A stretch of 64,000 nucleotides of DNA from an uncultured delta proteobacterium (GTDB lineage: Bacteria > Desulfobacterota > Syntrophia > Syntrophales > Smithellaceae): positions 160,001 through 224,000 of the forward strand of contig CAVWEH010000004.1 of the NCBI GenBank assembly GCA_963753975.1. The letters run 5' to 3'. Positions 19,817 to 31,511 of the stretch are shown here, piece after piece; position 1 is the stretch's first letter; every line of letters starts with the position of its first letter. The position numbers and the translations under genes are program-made. The notes under the pieces are model-generated. The model saw only the letters and a list, made by a program, of their open reading frames with translations, did not search any database and was not told where the DNA came from.

Positions 19817-22672
19817 TTATACAATCGGCATCCTTATGGTAAATGTCGTCCCCTTTCCTTTTTTGCTTTCGAAGGAAATTTCTCCTTTATGTCTCTGGAT
19901 AATTTCATAGGAAATGTTTAGCCCCAGACCCGTTCCCTTACCCACTTCCTTGGTCGTGAAAAAAGGCTCAAATATCTTGCTTTGATTCTCCCGCGGGATT
20001 CCACAACCCGTATCGGATACCGTAACCCAAATGGAGCCGCCTTTTTCCCATGTTTTGATTTTTATTTTTCCTTTTTTCTCAATAGCATGTATGGCATTAA
20101 TCAAAAGATTTATAAAAACCTGATTCAGTTTTAGGGGATAACATTTAGTCTGGGGTAAATTGCCGTAATCTTTATGGAGAGTGGCTTTTTGTTTTAATTC
20201 ATTCCAAACAATATTAATGCTGCTTTCCATACATTCATTGATGTTAGCTTCTTTATATTCTGCGTTATCCATTCTGGAGAAGCGATTAAGTTCCTGAACA
20301 ATCTTTTGCACTCTTTCCGAACCGTCACGGGATTCCTTAACTAGGAGGTCTATATCGTCAATAGTATAGTCCAGTTTCAATTCTTTGCGCTTTTTATCAA
20401 GTTTCTCGATAGCTTCAATGGCCTTAAGAGATTTAATTGTTTCCGACTGTGCCTGGATAAAATCTTTCAACCTGCGGATGTATTTATCGAGTGTTCCCAG
20501 GTTGCTGGCTATAAAAGCCATTGGATTATTTATTTCATGGGCAACTCCAGCCGCCAGTTGTCCGATGGAAGCCATCTTTTCCTGCTGGAGGATTTTTGCC
20601 TGTGAGGTCTTTAGTTCTTCATAAGCTGCAGCGAGTTTTTCCAAAGTAAGCTGGACATTTTTCCTGCTTTCCTCTATTTCCTGATTCTTCCTGATTAGTT
20701 CTTCCCTGTTTCTCTTTAAAGCATCGTCAGCCCGCTTGCGTTCGGTGATATCGCGAGAAACGCCACTGAATCCTATTTTTTTCCCTTGGGAATCTCTTAT
20801 CAGAGCCACTGAGATTTCGTTAAACTTTTTCGTCTCATCTTTTCTAATAATTTCTATATCTATTATCTTATTTGGTTCACCTGTTTTGTATATATCATTA
20901 AAGATTTGATACATCCTTCTAACTGTTGCTTCATCTTGATACTGCCGGTTGTTCATTCCTATCAATTCTTCTTTGGAATATCCAAGATTCCTACATTCTG
21001 CATTATTAACGAAAGTAAAATTACCAACAAGATCGATTTCAAAACATCCTTCTTCCATGTTCTCGAGAATATGTCGGTATTTTTCCTCACTCCGGCGTAA
21101 TGCTTCTTCCATTTTCTTACGCTCGGTGATGTCCCGGGAAACACCGCGGAATCCAACTGGCTTGCCTTCATTATCCCTGATGAGAGATACCGAAGTTTCG
21201 TAAATCGCTTTTGTCGCGTCTTTTCTGATAGCCTCAAGTTCTAGTATTTCTATAGGGTTACCCGTCCGGTAAAGTTCGTAGTAGGACTGATACATTTTTT
21301 TTGCCGTTTCTTCATCCATATGCCGTCGGTAGTTCATGCCGATAAGTTCTTCTTTGGTATATCCCAGATATCTGCAGCTTGCTTCATTTGCAAATGTATA
21401 ATTACCGTCAAGGTTAAGCTCAAAATAGCCTTCCCGGATGCTTTCCAGAATGCTTCGATATTTTTCCTCGCTCCCCCGCAGTGCTTCTTCCGCCAGTTTA
21501 TGCTCGGTGACGTCGCGCACGTATTCTATAACGCCTTGCATCTCTCCTGTCGCATCATCAACGATAGGGAAGCTATAGAGGTCCAGCCATCCCACGATTG
21601 TATCTCCCGCGCCGCGTTTAGGAACGATTGCGTAAGCCGATTCACCCGTCTGCAGAGTTTGCCAGGTGGGACATGTTTTGCAGCGTTCATCCCGACTGTG
21701 GTAGGCCTTATAACACTTCTTTCCGACAAGCGGCATGTTATAAGCATACCACTGTTCCATCACCGAATTGACGCGGACGATGTTCATAGACTTATCAATG
21801 ATGCTAATACCGTCTCGTATGCTGTTAAAGATGTTGGTCAGGAAGCGTTCGCTTTTACTCAATGCCTCCTCTGTCTGCTTGCGATCGGTAATGTCTCTTA
21901 TAACTGCCAAAACAGCTTGTTCCCCCTCGTACTCCAGGGGGGCCGCCGCTACCTCCGTGTTAATAACCGCTCCATCTGCCCGGAGCATTTTCTCCTCTAT
22001 CAAAGGAACCAATGCCCCGCGTTTGGTCTGCTCCGCTATTCTTTTAAGCACAGTTTTACGGTAGTCCGGATGAATGTAATCTATAATAGGCTTACCCACT
22101 AACTCGTCGGGGCCGGAGACACCAAAGATTTTGGCAAGACTTTTATTCGCAAACACATGGCGACCCTTGGAAGCAATGGCAATCCCATCCGGAGAAAGCT
22201 CGACGACCGTGCGGTACTTCTCTTCACTCCTCCTCAGTGCTTCTTCGGCCTCTCTACGGCTGGTAACGTCTCTGATGATTCCTTTAAATCCTATAGGTTT
22301 ATCTGATGAATCTTTTCTTATAGATGCCGACGCTTCAATGTATCTCTTCGCTCCATCTTTTCCGATAACTTCATAATTATAGCTTATATTGGTATTCCCC
22401 GTTTTGTAAATTTCATTAAATATTTGAAATAGTTTTTTCGCGGTTTCTTTATCCGTATACTGACGGTAATTCATCCCCATCAATTCCTCGCGGGAATATC
22501 CGTATATGCGGCACATGGAGTTATTGAAAAAAGTAAAATTACCTGCAAGGTCTTCTTCATAATAACCCTCTTCCATGTTTTCCAGAATATCGCGGTATTT
22601 CTGCTCGCTCCTGCGCTGAGTTTTTTCGCCCTTACTACGCACAGTTTTTCTACGCTCGGGAATATGTACCAT
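19817..22672 (-). CDS. cytoplasmic multi-PAS sensor histidine kinase (NtrB-like)
   Basis: About five PAS/PAC repeats (SEEKYR...RDITE), AHEINNP H-box, FFTTK, GTGLGL. Confidence 0.93.
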   Translation of the reverse strand: MVHIPERRKTVRSKGEKTQRRSEQKYRDILENMEEGYYEEDLAGNFTFFNNSMCRIYGYSREELMGMNYRQYTDKETAKKLFQIFNEIYKTGNTNISYNYEVIGKDGAKRYIEASASIRKDSSDKPIGFKGIIRDVTSRREAEEALRRSEEKYRTVVELSPDGIAIASKGRHVFANKSLAKIFGVSGPDELVGKPIIDYIHPDYRKTVLKRIAEQTKRGALVPLIEEKMLRADGAVINTEVAAAPLEYEGEQAVLAVIRDITDRKQTEEALSKSERFLTNIFNSIRDGISIIDKSMNIVRVNSVMEQWYAYNMPLVGKKCYKAYHSRDERCKTCPTWQTLQTGESAYAIVPKRGAGDTIVGWLDLYSFPIVDDATGEMQGVIEYVRDVTEHKLAEEALRGSEEKYRSILESIREGYFELNLDGNYTFANEASCRYLGYTKEELIGMNYRRHMDEETAKKMYQSYYELYRTGNPIEILELEAIRKDATKAIYETSVSLIRDNEGKPVGFRGVSRDITERKKMEEALRRSEEKYRHILENMEEGCFEIDLVGNFTFVNNAECRNLGYSKEELIGMNNRQYQDEATVRRMYQIFNDIYKTGEPNKIIDIEIIRKDETKKFNEISVALIRDSQGKKIGFSGVSRDITERKRADDALKRNREELIRKNQEIEESRKNVQLTLEKLAAAYEELKTSQAKILQQEKMASIGQLAAGVAHEINNPMAFIASNLGTLDKYIRRLKDFIQAQSETIKSLKAIEAIEKLDKKRKELKLDYTIDDIDLLVKESRDGSERVQKIVQELNRFSRMDNAEYKEANINECMESSINIVWNELKQKATLHKDYGNLPQTKCYPLKLNQVFINLLINAIHAIEKKGKIKIKTWEKGGSIWVTVSDTGCGIPRENQSKIFEPFFTTKEVGKGTGLGLNISYEIIQRHKGEISFESKKGKGTTFTIRMPIV

Positions 22673-22820
22673 AGACTACCCTCAAACAAACACCTGTAAA
22701 GCTAAACAATTTTATCCAACATTTCATTTACTAATTCAAGAGCTAAAAAAGATAACTCCAGGCAAGGATTCATCTGGAATCAGCAGAAGTCCAGTTTCAA
22801 ACAGAATTAAAACAATTTGA

Positions 22821-24074
22821 TTAAGGTTCTTCTAATTCGATAGATGATTTATCGTCGAACATAATTTCGGCAGGCGAGCACGGCAGTTCCTCCACGGCAC
22901 GCAATTTATTTTGAATCGTTTTCGATTTCTTGCGGGCATCATCTACGGAGTTCGCGGCTTGTTCCAGACGCTTGTGCACGGCATCCAGAACGTCGCCGAA
23001 TCTGCCGAACGCCGTTTTCACTTCACCCAGGACTCTCCAGACCTCACCGGAGCGCCTCTGGATCGCCAAGGAGCGAAAGCCCATTTGCAGGCTGTTCAAA
23101 ATAGCGGCAAAAGTGGTGGGACCGGTAACGACAATATGATAATCGCGCTGCAATGTTTGCACTAAAGAAGTCCGCCGGATTACTTCGGCATAAAGACCCT
23201 CGAAAGGCAGAAACATTATGCCAAAATCAGTTGTCTTGGGCGGCGCAATATATTTTTGCGATATGTCTTTAGCCGACTTCCTAATACTTGCTTCCAGTTG
23301 TTTTATAGCATCATCTGCGGCAATTACATCAGCCCTCTCCTGCGCGTCTAAAAGCCGCTGGTAATCCTCGATGGGAAATTTGGCGTCGACCGGCATCCAT
23401 ACAGGACAGGCATTATCATCGCTCTGACCGGGAAGTTTAATCGCGAATTCCACAATATCGTTGCTGTGTTCCTGGATTTTTACATTCTTGGCGTATTGTT
23501 CGGGCGAGAGTATTTCTTCCAGCAGTGCGCCTAGCTGCACTTCACCCCATGTACCGCGTGCTTTAACATTGGTCAGCACCTTCTTCAGATCGCCGACTCC
23601 GGCGGCAAGATTGCGCATATCGCCCAATCCCTGATGCACCTGCTCCAGGCGCTCTGAGACCTGCCGGAAAGATTCTCCTAGCCGCTTTTCCAACGTATTT
23701 TGCAATTTTTCATCGACGGTTTCGCGCATCCGGTCAAGCTGCCTGGTATTATCCTCTTGAATCTGTTTTAGTTTTTCATCTATAACAACGCGCACCGCTT
23801 CCATTTTTTGTTCGACGGAATCTCCGAATGATTTTAATGACCCCACCAGTTCTTCTCTTTCCTGGCGGGCCTGGGTATGCGCTTCCGCCCGGAATTTAGC
23901 TATTTCATCACGCACCGAACGATCGGTTCTTTCCTGAGAGCCGAGCAATGCATCCAGCTGCTTCTCCAGCGGCCTCAAATCCAGTGAACCTGAAGAGTAC
24001 CTGGATCGCCAAAATTGCAGAGCCAGAATAACAATCGCCAAAGATAAAATTACGGCTAAGAGAAGTGTTTCCAT
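22821..24074 (-). CDS. rmuC: DNA recombination protein RmuC
   Basis: TM plus coiled coil; RGTWGEVQL, DAKFP, TTDFGIMFLP. Confidence 0.93.
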   Translation of the reverse strand: METLLLAVILSLAIVILALQFWRSRYSSGSLDLRPLEKQLDALLGSQERTDRSVRDEIAKFRAEAHTQARQEREELVGSLKSFGDSVEQKMEAVRVVIDEKLKQIQEDNTRQLDRMRETVDEKLQNTLEKRLGESFRQVSERLEQVHQGLGDMRNLAAGVGDLKKVLTNVKARGTWGEVQLGALLEEILSPEQYAKNVKIQEHSNDIVEFAIKLPGQSDDNACPVWMPVDAKFPIEDYQRLLDAQERADVIAADDAIKQLEASIRKSAKDISQKYIAPPKTTDFGIMFLPFEGLYAEVIRRTSLVQTLQRDYHIVVTGPTTFAAILNSLQMGFRSLAIQRRSGEVWRVLGEVKTAFGRFGDVLDAVHKRLEQAANSVDDARKKSKTIQNKLRAVEELPCSPAEIMFDDKSSIELEEP

Positions 24075-24124
24075 TTAATAGTACCGACGATACGCCAGCG
24101 AGGATTGAGATTTCTAAAAGTTGA

Positions 24125-24165
24125 TGCATGGCGAGGACGGATTTTTCATCCGCTTTCGCCATGCA
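24125..24165. terminator. strong intergenic hairpin
   Basis: TGCATGGCGA..CGGAT / ATCCG..TCGCCATGCA; no clear U-tract. Confidence 0.45.
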
Positions 24166-24177
24166 ATGTTGATAGAA

Positions 24178-24810
24178 TTAAAACACTCTTTGAAAATCTT
24201 TATCTTTCATAATAGTGGTAAAAGCCAAATCCACAAGCCTGTAGGAGCGTTTCTCCAGTTCGGCGGCATTTTCTGTTCTTGACGGTACCATCTTTACCGT
24301 AAAATCTTTCTCTAATTTTGTTACACCATTTTTATATAGGTATACTTTAAAACTGAATTCCTGATCGGTAAGAGATGTTATGGTCAATCCGAATTCGGGC
24401 ACGCCTCTGGCGGCTCGAGCGGCTTCAGGAGGAGGCGCATAACCCCACCAATATGGATGGTAGTAAGGACGCGGACCGCCGCTATAGGAATAATCGACAA
24501 GATTTACTCCGATATGGCGGAAAGCTTTGCGAAAGCAACCCCAATAATAGTTCTCCAGAGTTGCGTCTCCTTCATACTTGTATTTGTTATCCACGCTGAA
24601 ATAATCCCATGCTTTGGTATTGGCGGCCTGATTGGAAAACCCGGCGAGAATCAATTTTTTTCCTTTATAGCGGCTGTAATCACCGGAGCGAAATTGCGGC
24701 GTATATTTGCCCTGGGTCATCATTATTTTGCTGCTGGCGGCGCATCCCACGAGAAAAAGACCGATAATGCAAGCAAGGATTATGCTGCTCCACGTAACAT
24801 TTTTTCCCAT
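24178..24810 (-). CDS. hypothetical lipoprotein
   Basis: Lipobox LVGC after a hydrophobic signal; GGAGG RBS. Confidence 0.75.
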   Translation of the reverse strand: MGKNVTWSSIILACIIGLFLVGCAASSKIMMTQGKYTPQFRSGDYSRYKGKKLILAGFSNQAANTKAWDYFSVDNKYKYEGDATLENYYWGCFRKAFRHIGVNLVDYSYSGGPRPYYHPYWWGYAPPPEAARAARGVPEFGLTITSLTDQEFSFKVYLYKNGVTKLEKDFTVKMVPSRTENAAELEKRSYRLVDLAFTTIMKDKDFQRVF

Positions 24811-25096
24811 AGCTTATAAATACCTCCTTTTAAAATAATATCGCCGAGCGAATAACCTAACTCATAAATGACGACTGAATATAACGGCTAAAAGATGGAA
24901 GTGTCAAGTAAAAATGACCGGCGCTTTATTAGCCTATTTTATTGCTCCACTTATTTAAAAATTAAAAAAACCTGAATCAATTTCAGAACATATTTGGAAG
25001 TTGCTTTATTTTCTACTTTTCGGTATAAGCGCGTCGTCAATCTTTTTCCGGAGGATATGATTCCGGGAAACACTTTTTATTTATAAGGTTAAAAAG

Positions 25097-28079
25097 ATGG
25101 CGCATAGAATTGAAGTAGGGTTTAAAGAAGGCATTCGTGATGCCTTAGGCGAAAAAACAAAAAAGCGCATTATCGATAATCTTTCCCTTCCCGTCGAAAA
25201 AGTTGCCACCATCGAAATTTATACAATAGCCGGGCCATTGTCGGAAGCTGAATTGCAAGAAGCTGCCGCGGGGCCTTTCTCCGATCCGGTAATTCAGGAA
25301 TTTTTGATTAATAAGCCCCTGGCTAAAAAATTTGACTGGCTGATCGAGGTTGGCTTTCGTCCGGGCGTCACCGACAATGTCGGAAAAACCGCCCGTGAGG
25401 CTATTGAACTATTGCTGGGTGAAAAGATAGACACGCGCGCAGTCAGTGTTTATACTTCCCGCCAATATTTAATCAGCGGCAAAATCGGCCAAGCGGAAGC
25501 AGAAAAAATAGCCTCGTGCCTTTTAGCTAACGATCTTACCGAACGCCATCGGGTCATTGCAGCAAGTGAGTTCGATTTTAGCCGCGGCCTGCCCGCCTAT
25601 GTTCCGCGGGTGCTGGGTAAAGACGAGCCGCAAGTGGCCCAAATTGATCTTGCGGCAGTAGACACAAAAGGACTTTTGAAAATCAGTCAGGAAAAACTTC
25701 TGGCTCTGAATCTGGAAGAGATGGAAGCCATCCAGGTTTACTATCAAAATTCCGCCGTAATCAATGCGCGTAAAAAATTCGGGCTTGATGAAAATACAAC
25801 CGACGTGGAGTTGGAATGCCTGGCTCAGACATGGTCGGAACACTGCAAACATAAAATTTTTAACAGCCGGATCGATTACACGGACGGTCGCAATAAATTA
25901 AAAATTGATTCGCTTTTCAAAAAATATATCAAAGGATCGACGGCCAAAATCCGCAAGGCCAAAGGCAAGAAAGATTTTTGCCTTTCCGTGTTTGTGGATA
26001 ACGCCGGCGTCATCAAATTCAATGACGATCACAATTTGGTCTTCAAGGTGGAGACGCATAATTCTCCATCGGCGCTTGATCCCTACGGCGGAGCGCTCAC
26101 CGGTATTGTCGGTGTCAACCGCGACCCGTTCGGTACAGGCATCGGCGCAAAACTGATCTTCAATACCGATGTCTTTTGCTTTGCCTCACCGTTTTACAAA
26201 AAAAAACTGCCGCCGCGTATTCTGCATCCGCGCCGCATTTACGAGGGCGTGCGCGAAGGCGTGGAACACGGCGGCAACAAAAGCGGTATCCCCACAATTA
26301 ACGGCAGCATTGTTTTTGATGAACGGTTTCTGGGCAAACCTCTGGTTTACTGCGGTACCGCCGGCATTATGCCCGCGAGACTCAACGGCAAGCCGACGCA
26401 CACCAAAGAAATAAAATCCGGCGATGTGGTCATTATGACCGGCGGCAGAATCGGCAAGGACGGTATTCACGGCGCAACCTTTTCATCCGAAGAGTTGCAT
26501 GAAGGCTCGCCCGTCACCGCCGTGCAGATCGGCGATCCGATCACGCAAAAGAAGATGACGGATTTTCTGCTGGTGGCCAGAAACCGCGGCCTTTACCGTG
26601 CTCTCACTGATAACGGCGCGGGCGGACTTTCTTCGTCGGTGGGTGAAATGGCCACCTATTCCGGCGGCTGTGAAATTGATCTGGTGCTGGCGCCTTTGAA
26701 ATACGCTGGCCTTCAGCCCTGGGAGATTCTGGTATCGGAGGCGCAGGAACGCATGACCCTGGCTGTTGACCCCCGGAAAGTGGGCGCTTTCCTGGAGCTT
26801 GCCCGCAAGATGGATGTGGAAGCCACAGCCATGGGCAAGTTTACCAAATCCGGCAAGTTTCATGTCCGCTTCGGCGAAAAAACAGTGGCGTATCTGGATA
26901 TGGAATTTTTACACGAAGGCGTGCCGCAGATGAAGCTGGCAGCCAAATGGAAAGCGCCGAAAAATGCCGAGCCTTCTTTTGCCGAGCCTGGCAATTTAAA
27001 CAAAGCCTTTGTCCAGATGCTTTCGCGTTTGAATATCTGCTCCAAAGAAGCGGTCGTCAGACAGTACGATCATGAAGTGCAGGGCGGCTCCGTTATCAAA
27101 CCCATGGTGGGGGCACAAAATGACGGCCCGTCGGACGCCGGTATTGTGCGGCCGATTCTTACTTCTCTGGAAGGCGTGGTCGTCGCGCACGGCATTTGTC
27201 CCGCGCTACAGCGATATCGATACCTACCACATGGCAGCTTGTGCCATTGATGAAGCCATTCGCAATGCTGTGGCCGTGGGCGCTGATCTCGATCATCTGG
27301 CGGGGCTGGATAATTTCTGCTGGTGCGATCCGGTCAAATCGCCAAAGACGCCCGACGGCGAATACAAACTGGCGCAGCTGGTGCGCTCTAATATGGCGAT
27401 TTATGATTACACGACCGCCTTCGGCGTACCTTGCATCTCCGGCAAGGACAGCATGAAAAACGATTACTCGATCGGCAAGACGAAAATCTCCGTCCCGCCG
27501 ACGCTGCTTTATTCCGTGATCGGCAAAATCGATGATGTACGTACAGCTGTGACGATGGACGCCAAGCAGGCACATGACCTGGTTTACATTATTGGTGAAA
27601 CCAGAGATGAACTGGGCGGCTCGGAATGGTTTTCTCTGCATGGGATGATCGGCAATAAGGTGCCGCAGGTTAATGTAAAAAAAGCGATCAAATCTTACCG
27701 TGCCTTGCACAAGGCGATCCAGGCAGGCCTTGTGGCCTCTTGCCATGATTGCTCCGACGGCGGTTTAGGCATCGCGCTCATTGAAACTGCCTTTGCCGGG
27801 GACTTGGGTATGAACATCGATTTAAACCGCGTTCCTTACCGGGGCAAGAAACGCAACGATTATATTTTATTTTCGGAGACGGCCAGCCGTTTTGTGGTAA
27901 CCATTCATCCGGAGGCTAAAGCACGATTCGAAAAAATCATGACCGGAAATATTTTTGGCGAGATCGGAACAGTCACCGGCGATAGCCCGTTTACAGTAAC
28001 CGGCCTGAATAAAAAGCCGGTCATTAAAGAAAGATTCAATAAACTCAAGGAAGCCTGGCAAAAGCCGCTTAATTTTTAG
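25097..28079 (+). CDS. purL: phosphoribosylformylglycinamidine synthase PurL (PurS-like N-terminus), +1 frameshift at about 27200-27203
   Basis: QTWSEHCKH, KVETHNSPS, DNGAGG, SEAQERM in the first ORF; ISGKDSM, HDCSDGG in the second; TGTCCCGCGCTAC has one extra base for C-P-R-Y. Confidence 0.92.
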
Positions 28080-28093
28080 ACAGGATTTAATTT

Positions 28094-28918
28094 ATGACCA
28101 GCAAAGTGAAAGCGATCGTACTGACCGGCAACGGCACCAACTGCGAAATGGAAATGGCTCATGCCTGCAAGCTGGCCGGAGCTGATGTGGTCGATATTGT
28201 CCATATCAGTGAATTGCTCTTCGGTGAAAAGCATCTGTCTGATTATACTTTCTTGAATCTGCCGGGAGGATTTCTGGATGGTGATGATCTGGGTTCGGCC
28301 AAAGCCGGGGCCAACCGTTTTTTGCATGCCCGGATTGCCGGAGAAAATGAAATGCTCTTCGCGGAGCTTTTACAATTCATCAAAGACGGCAAATTGATTC
28401 TGGGTATCTGCAACGGATTTCAACTGATGGTGAAGCTGGGTTTATTGCCGGCTCTGAATGGCAATTACACCGGCCAGAGCACAACCCTGACCTTCAATGA
28501 TTCAGGGCGCTTTGAAGATCGCTGGGTTTACCTGAGGGCAAATCTCTACAGCCCCTGCATATTCACCTGCGGAATAGATATGGTTTATTTGCCGGTGCGG
28601 CACGGCGAGGGGAAATTTATTCCAGCGGCCTCTTTCATACTCGATCAAATAGAAGAGAAAAATCTTTGCGCCTTCCAATACTGCAAAAATGACGGCGAGG
28701 TGACAATGGAATATCCGGCCAATCCCAACGGCGCGATCAATGCAATCGCCGGCCTTTGCAATGAAACAGGCCGGCTTTTCGGCATGATGCCGCATCCGGA
28801 AGCGTTTCTGCACCGCACCAACCACCCCCGCTGGACCCGGGAAAATCTACCGGAGGAAGGCCAAGGGCTGGCAATTTTCCGCAACGCCGTGAACTTCATC
28901 CGCAGTAAAGATTTTTAG
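28094..28918 (+). CDS. purQ: FGAM synthase glutaminase subunit
   Basis: PGGFLDGD, GICNGFQ, HGEG, NPNG, MPHPE. Confidence 0.95.
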   Translation: MTSKVKAIVLTGNGTNCEMEMAHACKLAGADVVDIVHISELLFGEKHLSDYTFLNLPGGFLDGDDLGSAKAGANRFLHARIAGENEMLFAELLQFIKDGKLILGICNGFQLMVKLGLLPALNGNYTGQSTTLTFNDSGRFEDRWVYLRANLYSPCIFTCGIDMVYLPVRHGEGKFIPAASFILDQIEEKNLCAFQYCKNDGEVTMEYPANPNGAINAIAGLCNETGRLFGMMPHPEAFLHRTNHPRWTRENLPEEGQGLAIFRNAVNFIRSKDF

Positions 28919-28962
28919 CAGGCAGGTCGGATTGATTAAGAGGAACGCATCCGCCGATTATT

Positions 28963-30096
28963 TTATTCGGCTTTCTTCCCGATGATATCAATTACCGTAA
29001 TCTCCGGCGGCGCAAAAAGACGCACGGGTGGGCCCCAGGTACCGGTTCCCCTGCTCACATAAAGCAGTCTGTTTTTTCCCAATTCATAATATCCGTAATT
29101 GTAGGAGAAAAAAAAGTGTGTAACCAGTCCAAAAGGAAATATTTGTCCGCCGTGCGTATGCCCCGAAATTTGCAAATTGAATTTCTCCCGCTCACTAACA
29201 AACGGCTGGTGCTTTAAAAGCAAAACAAACTTGTCATTTTTCTCGGCCAGCGATTTTTGAAAACGGGGATTATCTTTGGTTATCCCGAGCCTGCGGCCGG
29301 TTATGTCGTCCGCGCCGAATATCTTTATCCCGGCTACCTGCACAATGTCATCACGCAGAACTATAAAACCGGCGTTGCGCGTGAACTCTATCGCACGCTC
29401 GATTCCGGCAAAATATTCATGATTGCCCATAATTGCATATTTTCCATACTTTGGATTAATCGTGGACAATAGTTTCGCCTCCAACGTCATATTATCGATT
29501 TCGCCATCCAGTAAATCTCCGGTAGAAACTAAAATATCGGGATTGGCCTCTCCTACCTTATCGAGAATAGCCTCTAGACGTTCTTCTCTGATAATTACTC
29601 CCACATGCACATCGGATATCTGAACAATACGGATTTTACCGTTATTGGGCAGCGCTTGTTCAGCATGAATTTCCAGATTTTTCACTCTGATTCTTCGGGC
29701 ATCAAAAAAACCGTACACGACAAAGACAAAAGCAAGGCAAACCGCGAGTACGAAAGCAATTGTATTGAGGTGGGCGGTGCCGGGACCATAGCCTACGAGC
29801 TTATATAAATAGCGAATGATATCAAAAGCAACACTGAGGAGAAAAAAAAGAAAAACAAAGCCCATCCAGAGATAACCGATATAGGCAATAATTCGCGCCG
29901 ACGTATCCCAATGAACAGCTTCAGTGAGCCTCACGACGATTGGGGCAAGGATCAGTAGTATCATTACAAAAAAGATTATAATCTGCGAGATACCGGAAAA
30001 ATGGAAAATGTTTATCGCCCGGGAAAAAGCATAAAAATTAATTCCGCCGTAAAGGCAGAAAAAAACCAGAAGAAAAATAATCATACTCAGTCCCAT
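28963..30096 (-). CDS. membrane-anchored metallophosphoesterase (YkuE-like)
   Basis: SDVH, TGDLLD, GNHE, SGHTHGGQ, GTWGPP. Confidence 0.92.
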   Translation of the reverse strand: MGLSMIIFLLVFFCLYGGINFYAFSRAINIFHFSGISQIIIFFVMILLILAPIVVRLTEAVHWDTSARIIAYIGYLWMGFVFLFFLLSVAFDIIRYLYKLVGYGPGTAHLNTIAFVLAVCLAFVFVVYGFFDARRIRVKNLEIHAEQALPNNGKIRIVQISDVHVGVIIREERLEAILDKVGEANPDILVSTGDLLDGEIDNMTLEAKLLSTINPKYGKYAIMGNHEYFAGIERAIEFTRNAGFIVLRDDIVQVAGIKIFGADDITGRRLGITKDNPRFQKSLAEKNDKFVLLLKHQPFVSEREKFNLQISGHTHGGQIFPFGLVTHFFFSYNYGYYELGKNRLLYVSRGTGTWGPPVRLFAPPEITVIDIIGKKAE

Positions 30097-30244
30097 AATT
30101 GTTTAATTCGTTTTTGTGAAGTTAAAGGAAAATAACAGGGAAGTCAATATATAAGGTAGTTCAGCCTAACGTAATAACTTGACAAGGAGATGCCCCTTAA
30201 GCTAAATAACGCATCTCTTGTCGGAATAGTGGTTCAACTGGGAC

Positions 30245-30317
<73 letters not shown>

Positions 30318-30388
30318 CCGGTAAGTTTTAGGCAACTCGTTTAAAATTAACTGGATTGCCTTTTTATCTGCATTAGAACTAAACTGTT

Positions 30389-31498
30389 ATGGCCACTGTT
30401 ATTGTTCGCAAAACTTCTTATAATTACGATCGGCTAAAGAAAGTTTTTTTTGAAATTATCGAAACCCTGGCCGGTGATAAAATCAAGCCCGGCAGCCGCG
30501 TTTTGATAAAACCAAACATGCTTTCCGCAGCCGCGCCCCAGGACGCAATACTAACTCATCCTTTAATTATTAAAGCGGCGGTAGAGTATGTTTTACAAAA
30601 AGGCGCCCGACCGCAGGTATCCGATTCTCCGGCAATCGGCTCTTTCGAACATATCCTGAAAATGAATGGCACGAAAGACGCTCTGGCCGGCCTGGACGTA
30701 ACTTGTATCCCCTTTAGAAAGACTGTTCCGGTAGATATTGGAAAGCCCTATGGCCGCATTGACATAGCTAAAGACGCTGTGGAGGCGGATGCAATTATCA
30801 ATTTGCCGAAGCTCAAAACACACGGCCAGATGCTTTTAACTCTGGCTGTAAAAAATATGTTCGGCTGTATCGTTGGTTTTCAGAAGGCACGATGGCATCT
30901 GCGCGCCGGTGTCGATTCCATGGCTTTTGCCCGCCTGCTTGTGGCTATTCATCAGGCTAGCCGGCCAACTGTGTCGATACTGGATGGAATTCTGGCACTG
31001 GAAGGCGAAGGACCCGGCAAAGGCGGAAAACCGCGGCCTATCGGCATTTTAATGGGCAGCTGCGATTCATTCGCACTGGATACTGCTGTGTGCCGGATGC
31101 TGGGGATTGATTATCAAAGTCTACCGGTATTAAAAATCGCCAAAGAGATTAATCTGATCAACTCCTGCGAAGTAGATGGCGATTTGCCAACTGTCTATGA
31201 TTTCCAGTTGCCGGAAACTGGTGGGCTGATATTCGGTCCCCGTTTTCTGCATAATTTTTTGCGCCGTCACACTATGCCGCGGCCTGTCTGCGATAATGAC
31301 CTGTGTAAGCAATGCAGCCAATGCTGGACAATTTGTCCGGCCCAGGCCATCCAATCTTTGGAGGCTGGTGTCAAATTTGATTATCAAAAATGTATCCGCT
31401 GTTATTGCTGCATAGAAGTTTGCCCTCACGGAGCTTTGCACTCCAGGGAAACTAGCGGAGGTAAAATCGTCAGGAATTTAATTGATAAATTTTCGTAA
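30389..31498 (+). CDS. DUF362 domain protein with C-terminal 2x4Fe-4S ferredoxin
   Basis: VLIKPN, THP, LPKLKTH, AVKNMFG; CKQCSQCWTICP and CIRCYCCIEVCP. Confidence 0.9.
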   Translation: MATVIVRKTSYNYDRLKKVFFEIIETLAGDKIKPGSRVLIKPNMLSAAAPQDAILTHPLIIKAAVEYVLQKGARPQVSDSPAIGSFEHILKMNGTKDALAGLDVTCIPFRKTVPVDIGKPYGRIDIAKDAVEADAIINLPKLKTHGQMLLTLAVKNMFGCIVGFQKARWHLRAGVDSMAFARLLVAIHQASRPTVSILDGILALEGEGPGKGGKPRPIGILMGSCDSFALDTAVCRMLGIDYQSLPVLKIAKEINLINSCEVDGDLPTVYDFQLPETGGLIFGPRFLHNFLRRHTMPRPVCDNDLCKQCSQCWTICPAQAIQSLEAGVKFDYQKCIRCYCCIEVCPHGALHSRETSGGKIVRNLIDKFS

Positions 31499-31511
31499 AG
31501 GAAACATTATT

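Noticed and set aside
20700..22620. Internal repeats in the large kinase gene
   Set aside because: Explained by ordinary tandem PAS/PAC domain duplication.
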